Shown here: positions 50,394-58,717 of the stretch, piece by piece
How positions within the stretch are numbered: position 1 is the first letter of the stretch
Layout: each line of letters starts with the position of its first letter
Source: an uncultured Gammaproteobacteria bacterium
GTDB taxonomy: Bacteria; Patescibacteriota; Patescibacteriia; Magasanikbacterales; UBA922
Length of the DNA: 64,000 nucleotides
Reading direction: 5' to 3'
Assembly: GCA_964597575.1 (NCBI GenBank)
Contig: CAZQXB010000001.1
Span: 338,111 to 402,110, forward strand
Position numbers and translations under genes: made by a program
The notes under the pieces: model-generated
Told to the model about the DNA's origin: nothing
The model's database searches: none
The model's input: only the letters and a program-made list of their open reading frames with translations

Positions 50394-50945
50394 ATGAATC
50401 CTGTTCTCGAACATAAAGAATCGTTTGAAGCCGTCTATGCTCACTTGAAGCATGATGTGGCAAGTTTGCGCACCGGGCGTGCGACACCGGCTCTTGTGGA
50501 AGATGTTTCGGTTGAAGCGTATGGGAGTCGTCAACCAGTGAAGGCTGTTGCTTCTATTTCTGTCCAAGATGCGAAAACCATTGTGGTTGAACCTTGGGAT
50601 AAGAGTTTACTCCAGGCGGTCGAAGTCGGCATTAGAAATTCCGGGCTCGGAATTAGCCCGGTAAACGATGGAAAACTTATTCGGGTATCTCTTCCAGAAC
50701 TGACTGCAGATCGTCGCCAAGAACTTATTAAGGTGCTTGCGCAAAAATTAGAAGCTGCCCGCATTGCGATTCGCCAAGCACGCGAAGAGGTGAAAAAAGC
50801 GATTGAGCATGGCGAAGACAATGGTCAGATCACCGAAGATGAAAAATTTGGGTATTACGAAGACCTCGAGCTTCTCGTCAAAGAGCATAATGAAAAAATA
50901 AAAATGGTGGGAGAGGAAAAGGAAAAAGAAATTACGACGATTTAA
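50394..50945 (+). CDS. frr: Ribosome recycling factor
   Basis: LRTGRATP, PWDKS, PVNDG, PELTADRR. Confidence 0.96.
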   Translation: MNPVLEHKESFEAVYAHLKHDVASLRTGRATPALVEDVSVEAYGSRQPVKAVASISVQDAKTIVVEPWDKSLLQAVEVGIRNSGLGISPVNDGKLIRVSLPELTADRRQELIKVLAQKLEAARIAIRQAREEVKKAIEHGEDNGQITEDEKFGYYEDLELLVKEHNEKIKMVGEEKEKEITTI

Positions 50946-51073
50946 AAAGAATAGGTGATTAAAAACCTACCCATCCGGGTAGTTTTTTAATCTGAGACCC
51001 TTGACTTTTTTCACTTTTTTTTGGTAATATTTTGCCGGGTTACAGATGTGACCCAGAAAAGAGATACCTGAAA

Positions 51074-52075
51074 GTGATAACCGCAGTTTGGCGGCTCCTC
51101 GGAGCCGCAATATTCTTCTTCGTTGTGGCACTCTCTGCGTGCGGCAACGACCCCGTGGATTCGGGGGGGGCGCCGACGACGCCGGCGGTCGAGAGCTTCA
51201 TGAAGAGTCTCTCCGAGGCGTGCCCCGTGGGCAACCTGGAGAGCAAGGCCGAGCGCGACGCGTGCGCGTGGGCTCTCCCTGCTCGGGTGGCCGGGGTGCA
51301 GAACCCGCGGCGCCAGATCGTGTGGGGTGGTCAGAAGGAGGGGGCGGGCCTCCTCCCCTATGACATCGGTCACGTGACCGAGTTCGACAGCGCGCGCGTC
51401 TTCCCGATGCTCTATCTGTCGACGTTCGCGTTCGAGAGCCGCTACACCTGCACCCGGGAGGTCAATCCGAACGACGGCATCGAATACGAGGTCTGCCAAG
51501 TTCCGAGCCGTTTCCGCGAGCTCGATCCAGGCGAGTACGCGTACCCGTTCTGGCACGCACCAGGAAAGATCAAGTCGTACACGCAGGCAAGGAAGATCAT
51601 CTTCTACTTCCAGGCTGGGGTTTGGGTCGCAGCGCTCCGGTCGAACGATCTCGACCCGAACCGTATCGTGACTCCTCGTGAAGATCGTGGGTGGGAGTGG
51701 GAGGAGGATGGGGAGAGGCAGCCTCGGGTGACCAGTTTCACCTACGTGTTCTCGCCAGGGAACGAGTACGTGGCAGAGCTGAACACGGCGTATCAGGCAC
51801 TCGCGCTCGCAGAGCGAGATCGGAACTGCATGAGCTGCCACGAGCCGGACAACAAGGGTGCGATGCCCAAGCTCGAGCTGCTGCGCTATCCGGTTCAGGC
51901 ACTGTCGGGCAGGAAGGATCTGATCCGGATCCTCGAGGACAATACGATGCCCCCTGCCGTTGGCATCGGGGATTCCGAGGCGCTCGACAGGATGAAGGCA
52001 CTCGCGCTCGAGTTCAATCGTGTCGCGGACAAGGCGTACGCCTGGGAAGATGGGGTAGGGAGAGGGGGGGACTGA
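51074..52075 (+). CDS. GC-rich lipoprotein with a single CxxCH motif
   Basis: LSAC lipobox, CMSCH at 51827-51841, third-position GC bias. Start uncertain (GTG 51074). Confidence 0.75.
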   Translation: MITAVWRLLGAAIFFFVVALSACGNDPVDSGGAPTTPAVESFMKSLSEACPVGNLESKAERDACAWALPARVAGVQNPRRQIVWGGQKEGAGLLPYDIGHVTEFDSARVFPMLYLSTFAFESRYTCTREVNPNDGIEYEVCQVPSRFRELDPGEYAYPFWHAPGKIKSYTQARKIIFYFQAGVWVAALRSNDLDPNRIVTPREDRGWEWEEDGERQPRVTSFTYVFSPGNEYVAELNTAYQALALAERDRNCMSCHEPDNKGAMPKLELLRYPVQALSGRKDLIRILEDNTMPPAVGIGDSEALDRMKALALEFNRVADKAYAWEDGVGRGGD

Positions 52076-52117
52076 GAGTCACGGAGGGGTTCCCCACGAG
52101 GTTCTGATTCTTTCACC

Positions 52118-52160
52118 GGAGGCATGCACGCGATTTGCGAGCATGCCTCTGTTTTCTTTT
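52118..52160 (+). terminator. Intrinsic terminator
   Basis: GAGGCATGC...GCATGCCTC followed by a T-rich tail. Confidence 0.75.
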
Positions 52161-52161
52161 C

Positions 52162-52190
52162 TTGACACTTTTCCGGTTCGTCGATATACT
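52162..52190 (+). promoter_or_regulatory. sigma70 promoter of the glyQS leader
   Basis: TTGACA-N17-TATACT. Confidence 0.85.
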
Positions 52191-52199
52191 TATTTTTAC

Positions 52200-52353
52200 G
52201 CGATACCACAATGATCTGAGGTGGCACTCAGGGAGTATGTGTCGCACAACTGAGCTAAAAAGTGTCCTAGTAAATTACTAGGAAACTTGGGTGGAACCCC
52301 CCGAAATAACCGGGGCCCAAGGCCGTTTTTATCGGGCCTTTTTATTTTTTTTT
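52200..52353 (+). promoter_or_regulatory. Glycyl T-box riboswitch (minimal)
   Basis: T-box AACTTGGGTGGAACC; antiterminator CTTGGG-[TGGAACC]-CCCC/GGGG-CCCAAG; overlapping terminator with T run; GGC in the Stem I loop. Confidence 0.8.
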
Positions 52354-52376
52354 AGGCCTTGTCTTACCTAAACGGT

Positions 52377-53756
52377 ATGTCCAAACAAGTCTCGTTAGAA
52401 GAAATTGTATCGCTTGCAAAACGTCGTGGATTCATTTTCCCCGGCAGTGAAATTTATGGCGGGCTTGCCAATAGCTGGGATTACGGTCCACTTGGCCACA
52501 TGCTGAAACAAAATATTAAAGCCGCATGGTGGAAATTTTTTGTCCAAGAGCGGGAAGATATGGTACCCATGGACACGGCCATTATCATGAACCCAAAGGT
52601 GTGGGAAGTGTCTGGGCATTTAGAAAATTTTAGTGATCCACTTGTTGAATGTAAAGTGTGCCACCACCGTTTTCGTGCCGATCATCTTCTTGAAGCTAAA
52701 GCTGCAGAACCTGGCTACGACAAAGAAACACCCCGTGATATCCAAGAAATTCCCTGCCCTAATTGCGGCGGGCAACTGACAGGTCAGAAAAATTTTAACT
52801 TGATGTTCAAAACGTTTCTTGGGCCGACAGAAGATTCAACCTCAGTTGCATATCTTCGCCCCGAAACTGCGGCCGGCATGTTTGTGAATTTCAAAAATGT
52901 ACTTCAAGCAAGTCGTCGTCGTCTGCCATTTGGTATTGCGCAGATTGGAAAAAACTTTCGTAACGAAATTACACCTGGGAATTTTATTTTCCGTACCCGC
53001 GAATTTGAAATTGGAGAATTCGAATATTTTATCAATCCGAAAGATTGGGAAGGGGTATTTGAAATGTGGCTTTCAGAAATTAAACGTTGGTGGAAAGATG
53101 TCATGCAAGTCAACATGGATAATTTGGTGTGGCATGAAATTCCAGACGGTGAGCGAGCGCACTATTCCAAACGTACCATGGATATTGAGTATAAGTTTCC
53201 GTTCGGTGTAAAAGAGCTTCATGGTATTGCGTATCGGACAGACTTTGACCTTGCTCGCCATATGAAGGGGAGTGGAGAAAGTTTGGAATATCTTGATCCG
53301 GTCACCAATGAAAAATTTGTTCCTCATGTGATTGAACCAACATTCGGTATCGATCGTATGCTTTTGGTATCACTCCTTGAGGCCTACCATGAAGAAGAAG
53401 CGCCAACTTCTGAAGAAGGGGAGACTGACAAACGTGTAGTCATGAAGTTTCCGAAACATTTAGCCCCATACAAAGTGGCCGTTCTTCCGTTATCGAAAAA
53501 ACCAGAATTATCAAATGTGGCCAAGGAACTTGCTCAGACCCTTCGAAAAAATTTCATGGTTGATTACGACGAAACTCAATCGATTGGGAAACGGTACCGC
53601 CGTCAGGATGAAATTGGGACCCCATTTTGTGTCACCGTTGATTTTGATTCATTGAATGATAAGGCGGTAACGGTGCGTGATCGAGACACCATGACACAAG
53701 AGCGTATTGCCATGGCAGAATTGTCACAATATATCGCAGGAAAACTCGCACAATAA
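52377..53756 (+). CDS. glyQS: Glycine-tRNA ligase (alpha2 type)
   Basis: EIYGG...WDYGPLG, YLRPETA, FRNEITP, FRTREFE, SIGKRYRRQDEIGTP. Confidence 0.97.
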   Translation: MSKQVSLEEIVSLAKRRGFIFPGSEIYGGLANSWDYGPLGHMLKQNIKAAWWKFFVQEREDMVPMDTAIIMNPKVWEVSGHLENFSDPLVECKVCHHRFRADHLLEAKAAEPGYDKETPRDIQEIPCPNCGGQLTGQKNFNLMFKTFLGPTEDSTSVAYLRPETAAGMFVNFKNVLQASRRRLPFGIAQIGKNFRNEITPGNFIFRTREFEIGEFEYFINPKDWEGVFEMWLSEIKRWWKDVMQVNMDNLVWHEIPDGERAHYSKRTMDIEYKFPFGVKELHGIAYRTDFDLARHMKGSGESLEYLDPVTNEKFVPHVIEPTFGIDRMLLVSLLEAYHEEEAPTSEEGETDKRVVMKFPKHLAPYKVAVLPLSKKPELSNVAKELAQTLRKNFMVDYDETQSIGKRYRRQDEIGTPFCVTVDFDSLNDKAVTVRDRDTMTQERIAMAELSQYIAGKLAQ

Positions 53757-53765
53757 TCATTGGCT

Positions 53766-55025
53766 ATGTTTGAACAATACTCTCTTAAAAATAACGCCCG
53801 CGTGATTCTCGTGCCTCAGGAAGATACGCGTTCAGTAACGGTTCTTATTAAGTATCCGGTTGGCTCTCGCTACGAACCGGAAAAACTCTCTGGCGTTTCA
53901 CACTATATCGAACACCTCATGTTTAAGGGTACGGAAAAAAGAAAAAATACACTCACTCTTACCCGTGAAATCGATCGCCTCGGAGCGGCCTATAATGCCT
54001 ATACAGGCAAGGAGTATACAGGGTATTATATAAAAGTAGATGCAGAATATACAAAAACCGCTCTCGACATTCTCTCGGACATGCTTTTTCGGTCGAAGTT
54101 TGACTCTAAAGAAATGGAGCGTGAAAAAGGACCGATTGTGGAAGAGCTCCGCATGTACCGCGACAACCCGATCATGAATATCGATAATATTTTTGAAGAG
54201 CTCATGTTCGACGGATGTGCCCTCGGTCGCGACATTGGTGGAACACCGAAACATGTAATGAGTTTTACGCGTCCGGACGTGATGAAGTTCAAGGAAACAT
54301 TCTACGGGCCAAATAATATGACGATCATTGTGGCTGGAAAAATTGTTCCAGAAGCGCGCCAGATGATCGAAACCTATTTTGGGCAGGAAAAGAATAAAGG
54401 AAAACCAAGTCGTGTTTTTTCGGCAGGAGTATTCGGATCAAAAGAAAAAAGCAAACGACTCGTGATTCAAAAGAAACAGACGGATCAGGCACAGCTTATG
54501 CTTGGATTTCCCGGGTTTGCGTATAATGCCAAAGAGCTTGCGGCCGTTGCAGTCATGAACACTATCTTAGGGGGATCTATGAGTTCGCGATTATTTATTT
54601 CTGTGCGCGAACGCCATGGGCTGGCCTACACTATTCGTAGCGGCCACGATAGCTTTCAGGATGCGGGGTACGCCTATGTGCGTGCCGGGCTTGAGCCAAA
54701 AAATATCAATAAAGCCTTAGCACTTATCCAAAAGGAAATTCAAAAAATGATTGATACACCGGTATCAGCGAAAGAGTTAGCTGATGCAAAAACTCACATT
54801 CACGGAAGTTTGGTTCTTGCCTTAGAAGATTCAAGCGAGCAGGCTGATTGGTATGCGCGGCAAGCACTGTTTGCTCCGTATATTCAAACCCCAGAAGAAC
54901 GTTTGAAGGAAATTGATCGTGTTACTGCGATCGATATTCAGCGGATCGCTAAAAAGATCTATAAAAAACAAGAAATGCGGCTAGCCATTATCGGTGATGT
55001 GGAATCAAAAAATATTGATTTTTAA
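53766..55025 (+). CDS. M16 family zinc peptidase
   Basis: HYIEH (HxxEH), NAYT, GGSMSSRLF..VRE..GLAY. Confidence 0.93.
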   Translation: MFEQYSLKNNARVILVPQEDTRSVTVLIKYPVGSRYEPEKLSGVSHYIEHLMFKGTEKRKNTLTLTREIDRLGAAYNAYTGKEYTGYYIKVDAEYTKTALDILSDMLFRSKFDSKEMEREKGPIVEELRMYRDNPIMNIDNIFEELMFDGCALGRDIGGTPKHVMSFTRPDVMKFKETFYGPNNMTIIVAGKIVPEARQMIETYFGQEKNKGKPSRVFSAGVFGSKEKSKRLVIQKKQTDQAQLMLGFPGFAYNAKELAAVAVMNTILGGSMSSRLFISVRERHGLAYTIRSGHDSFQDAGYAYVRAGLEPKNINKALALIQKEIQKMIDTPVSAKELADAKTHIHGSLVLALEDSSEQADWYARQALFAPYIQTPEERLKEIDRVTAIDIQRIAKKIYKKQEMRLAIIGDVESKNIDF

Positions 55026-55035
55026 TTTTTCCCTT

Positions 55036-55788
55036 ATGAGCGCCTCGTATATTTTCGGTAATTGGAAAATGTACCTCGATTATACCGAGTCGTGTATTTT
55101 GGCAAGTCAACTTGCGGAAGCCACTCCAGAAGTCGGAGAGGCTACTGTTGCGCTCTTTCCGACAGATCTCGCTATTGCCGACACAAAACGTATTTTAGAG
55201 GGAACGCCTATGCTACTCGGTGCGCAAAACTGCGCGTGGGTACCAAAAGGAGCGTACACTGGAGCCGTGTCTGCGCACATGCTTGCGGATATGGGTTGCG
55301 CCTATATCCTCGTGGGGCACTCTGAGCGACGGCATGTGTTTGGTGAGGATGATAACGATGTTCGAAAAAAGATCGAAGCGTGCCTCGATGCTGGGGTAGT
55401 ACCTGTCGTATGCGTTGGTGAAACCAAAGAAGAAAAAGAAACAGGGAAACGAGAATACCGTTTGAAAAAGCAGGTCATGAAAGCCTTTGAGGGTTTAGAG
55501 ATTGATCGAGATGCTCAGGTAATTGTAGCGTATGAACCCGTGTGGGCTATTGGTACGGGCGATGCATGCTTACCAGCAGATGCCGATGATATTCACGGAT
55601 TTTTGCTTCAAGAGATTGCGCTCTACACTCAAAAAAATATCCCGATCATCTATGGGGGGAGCGTGACGAGCGAAAATGTGGTATCATATCTCTCGCTTAA
55701 AACGGTAAGTGGTGTATTGGTTGGCAGTGCCTCGACTTCGTATGCGTCCTTTTGTGCGCTCGTTGAAGCCTCCCGTGCGGTTTCCTAA
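55036..55788 (+). CDS. tpiA: Triosephosphate isomerase
   Basis: GNWKM, GHSERR, AYEPVWAIGTG, YGGSV. Confidence 0.97.
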   Translation: MSASYIFGNWKMYLDYTESCILASQLAEATPEVGEATVALFPTDLAIADTKRILEGTPMLLGAQNCAWVPKGAYTGAVSAHMLADMGCAYILVGHSERRHVFGEDDNDVRKKIEACLDAGVVPVVCVGETKEEKETGKREYRLKKQVMKAFEGLEIDRDAQVIVAYEPVWAIGTGDACLPADADDIHGFLLQEIALYTQKNIPIIYGGSVTSENVVSYLSLKTVSGVLVGSASTSYASFCALVEASRAVS

Positions 55789-55794
55789 TGTCGT

Positions 55795-56706
55795 ATGGTG
55801 TACACTCTTTTTCCTCTCGTCATCACTCTTGTGTCGCTTGCAGTTATTCTGATCATTGTTGGTCGGCGTTTTTCGCAACTGTCACTTCTTGATGTGGAAA
55901 GTTTGCCTGAGGTAAAAGAAGAAAAGAAAAAGGATGATTTTTTGCGGAAGAGGGTCGAGGCGAAAGCGAAAGAGGCTTCGGTTACGCGGCACAAACGGTT
56001 ACGACCGGTATTTGAGTATTGGAAAAAAATCCAACAAGCATTTCGGAAATATGTGGGTCAGGTGGAGCGTGCCATTATGCATGAGCGCGAAAAATCGCGT
56101 CAGGAAGAATCACCAAAAGATAAACGGGAACGACAAGGTGAGGTGCAGTCGCTCGTGGCTGAAGCGGCATATGCTGAAGCGCAAGGTGATTACCAGGGGG
56201 CTGAGAAAAAGTATATTGCCGCAATTCGTTTAGATACGAAATATCCAGACGCATATCGTGGGCTTGCGGAAGTGTATCGGAAGCAAGGGCAGCTGACCGA
56301 AGCCAAAGAAACGTATCAATTCTTGCTTCAGCTTGACCCAAACGATGATACGATTCCTGCTCGAACAGCGGAAGTTTTTGCTGAGAATGGGGAGATAGAA
56401 AAAGCCATTCAATATTACGAAAAAGCCGTCTTGCTAAATCCGAATATCCCTCAGCGCTTCCTTCGTCTTTCCGAACTCATGATGCAGCTTCAGCAATACC
56501 CAACTGCCCTTGAGGCAATTCGGCAGGCATTGGAACTGGAGGCACAAAATCCCAAATACCTTGACATGCTCACAGAAATCAGTATAATGGTGGGGAATAA
56601 AGAAGAAGCCAAAGCAGCGTGGGAAGAGCTTCGTCGCGTGAATCCAGATAATCAAAAGTTGGACATGCTCAAAGATAAAATAGAGCATTTGGGGGAAGAA
56701 AAATAA
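55795..56706 (+). CDS. Membrane-anchored TPR protein
   Basis: N-terminal TM and tandem TPR motifs. Confidence 0.85.
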   Translation: MVYTLFPLVITLVSLAVILIIVGRRFSQLSLLDVESLPEVKEEKKKDDFLRKRVEAKAKEASVTRHKRLRPVFEYWKKIQQAFRKYVGQVERAIMHEREKSRQEESPKDKRERQGEVQSLVAEAAYAEAQGDYQGAEKKYIAAIRLDTKYPDAYRGLAEVYRKQGQLTEAKETYQFLLQLDPNDDTIPARTAEVFAENGEIEKAIQYYEKAVLLNPNIPQRFLRLSELMMQLQQYPTALEAIRQALELEAQNPKYLDMLTEISIMVGNKEEAKAAWEELRRVNPDNQKLDMLKDKIEHLGEEK

Positions 56707-56717
56707 AAGAGAATCAT

Positions 56718-56800
56718 GGAAGGGTACCGAAGTGGTCAACCGGGGCAGACTGTAAATCTGCTGGCTTACGCCTTCGTGGGTTCGAATCCCCCCCCTTCCA
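56718..56800 (+). tRNA. tRNA-Tyr(GTA)
   Basis: GGAAGGG/CCCTTCC, GCAGA-CTGTAAA-TCTGC, long variable arm. Confidence 0.95.
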
Positions 56801-56823
56801 CAAGGAAGTTTTATTTCCTTCGT

Positions 56824-56896
56824 GCCGCCTTAGCTCAGCTGGTAGAGCAACAGTTTTGTAAACTGTGGGTCGTCGGTTCAAGTCCGACAGGCGGCT
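56824..56896 (+). tRNA. tRNA-Thr(TGT)
   Basis: GCCGCCT/AGGCGGC, ACAGT-TTTGTAA-ACTGT. Confidence 0.95.
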
Positions 56897-56974
56897 CAAA
56901 AAAACGCCCTCATCTGGCGTTTTTTGGTTGCACCTGCTATACTCTTCGTAGGTGTATTTATCTATTTTATTCGT

Positions 56975-57328
56975 ATGTGTAAATGCGGAAAAGGTGGGGT
57001 TTCCCATGTTGCATGGGGTTTGGTATTAATTGGAGCTTTGAACTGGGGGCTTGTTGGTATTTTTGATTTCAATTTGGTTAATTGGCTTCTTGGGAACTGG
57101 CCAATGGTAGAAAGAGTGGTGTATATTTTAGTCGGAATCGCAGCCGTGTATGGACTCGTAACCGTGTGCCGATGCTGTATGAAAGGTGCAGGCGCAAGTG
57201 GTTGCGGTTGCAATGGTGGCGCATGTGGCGCGAAGGGGATGGGTGGTGCATGTCCAATGTGTGGTAAATCTCCTTGTATGTGTGGCAAAAAAGATGGCGC
57301 CATGAACGGGCAGAATCAAATGAAATAA
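56975..57328 (+). CDS. DUF378 membrane protein with Cys/Gly-rich extensions
   Basis: LVLIGALNWGLVG.FDFNLV...RVVYILVG; 12 Cys at the termini. Confidence 0.85.
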   Translation: MCKCGKGGVSHVAWGLVLIGALNWGLVGIFDFNLVNWLLGNWPMVERVVYILVGIAAVYGLVTVCRCCMKGAGASGCGCNGGACGAKGMGGACPMCGKSPCMCGKKDGAMNGQNQMK

Positions 57329-57394
57329 TTTTCTCTAAAAGAAAAGAGAAGAAGATGCGCTCTCTTTGCGAGAGCGTTTCTTTTTTCTAAAAAT

Positions 57395-58252
57395 ATGCCA
57401 GAACTTCCGGAAGTTGAAACAATCCGTCAAGATTTGCGACAGAAAATTTTACATATCCCAATACATGAGGTAGAGGTTCGTCGTGTCAGTATGGTACAAG
57501 GAAGGGTGGGGCATTTTCAAAAGGAGCTTCAGGGTAATTCAATTATTGAAATAGACCGCATTGGGAAACTCATTTTATTTCAGTTGAAAAATGGTGGCTA
57601 TGTGGCAGTACATTTAAAAATGACTGGACAACTATTGTACCGCTTTGACGACAAGTTAATCGCCGGTGGACACACCTTTCCACCGGTTCACGCTGAGCTG
57701 CCCAATAAGCATTCGCACATTATTATTACATTTAAGAATGCATCTACACTTTTCTTTAACGACATGCGGTTATTTGGGTACATGCGTTTTATTACCGATG
57801 AAGAGCGGGAAGAGATTGGTAAAAGGTATGGGCCAGAACCTTTGGATAAAGAATTTACGGCCGACTATCTTTCTTCTGTTTTGAAAAAAAGGAATATTTC
57901 TGTGAAAGCCGTGCTTCTGAATCAAGAACTCATTGCAGGAATTGGGAATATTTATGCCGATGAAACGTGTTTTGTGGCAGGTGTTCGCCCGGGAAGAAGA
58001 GCTAAGAGTATTACCAAAGCTGAAACCAAAAAATTAGTAGAAGCAGCCAGAAAAGTAATTCGGTTGGCGATTAAACAGCGAGGCACGACGTTTAATGACT
58101 ACCGTGATCCAGAAGGCCGAAAGGGAAATTTTGTGAAATTTTTGAAAGTGTATGGGCGAGGAGGAGAGCCATGCGCGGTTTGTGGCACGGCGCTTACACG
58201 TACGGTGGTGGCTGGGCGGGGGACGGTATTTTGTAAGAGCTGTCAAAAATAG
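57395..58252 (+). CDS. mutM: Formamidopyrimidine-DNA glycosylase
   Basis: MPELPEVE, HLKMTG, GIGNIYADE, C-terminal C4 zinc finger. Confidence 0.97.
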   Translation: MPELPEVETIRQDLRQKILHIPIHEVEVRRVSMVQGRVGHFQKELQGNSIIEIDRIGKLILFQLKNGGYVAVHLKMTGQLLYRFDDKLIAGGHTFPPVHAELPNKHSHIIITFKNASTLFFNDMRLFGYMRFITDEEREEIGKRYGPEPLDKEFTADYLSSVLKKRNISVKAVLLNQELIAGIGNIYADETCFVAGVRPGRRAKSITKAETKKLVEAARKVIRLAIKQRGTTFNDYRDPEGRKGNFVKFLKVYGRGGEPCAVCGTALTRTVVAGRGTVFCKSCQK

Positions 58253-58309
58253 AGCTTTCTTAGGGTTTTTTATCCTTATTTTTCCATTTTATGGCTAAAA
58301 TAAGACATA

Positions 58310-58338
58310 TTGACATGTATGAGTAATTTCTATACAAT
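58310..58338 (+). promoter_or_regulatory. sigma70 promoter of tRNA-Thr
   Basis: TTGACA-N17-TACAAT. Confidence 0.8.
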
Positions 58339-58364
58339 AGAGCTGTTTTTCAGATAAAGATCAC

Positions 58365-58437
58365 GCCGTTGTAGCTCAGTTGGTAGAGCGCGTCCATGGT
58401 AAGGACGAGGTCACCAGTTCAATCCTGGTCAATGGCT
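58365..58437 (+). tRNA. tRNA-Thr(GGT)
   Basis: GCCGTTG/CAATGGC, CGTCC-ATGGTAA-GGACG. Confidence 0.95.
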
Positions 58438-58438
58438 C

Positions 58439-58474
58439 AAAACAAATACCCCCATTTATGGGGGTATTTGTTTT
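58439..58474 (+). terminator. Intrinsic terminator (potentially bidirectional)
   Basis: AAAACAAATACCCCCA-TTTA-TGGGGGTATTTGTTTT. Confidence 0.85.
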
Positions 58475-58490
58475 GTTGCAATTTGTACTT

Positions 58491-58626
58491 AGGGTTGAAC
58501 TGGTGAAGGGTTTGGGAACCGGTAGGTTTCCACCTCATGCAGGGGGGATGGTTGAGAAGGGGTGGAAACCCTTTCGGAAGAGGAGCGAAGCGACGAGTGA
58601 AATGCCCGGTCAATGGGTGGCTCAAA
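58491..58626. repeat. tRNA-tail element 2: antisense T-arm, scaffold and direct copy of the tRNA 3' end
   Basis: 58491-58506 is 15/16 complementary to 58411-58426; GGTCAATGG(gtgg)CTCAAA at 58608-58626 repeats the tRNA end. Confidence 0.75.
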
Positions 58627-58717
58627 TGGGTGTGTTCTTTCGCCTGTTTTGAAGAAGTTTTTGGGTGTATTTCGACACCTTCTTTTATTTGTGGTACTAT
58701 TGCTCCAAATATATCTT

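Noticed and set aside
51011-51841. 276-aa antisense ORF
   Set aside because: Antisense shadow of the GC-rich lipoprotein gene.
56776-56800. U-C mismatch in the tRNA-Tyr T-stem within a C8 run
   Set aside because: A single mismatch, either tolerated or a sequencing error; the rest of the cloverleaf is intact.
56897-56974. tRNA-tail element after tRNA-Thr(TGT) or tRNA-Glu
   Set aside because: Only simple terminators are present, with no antisense T-arm copy; these serve as internal negative controls.
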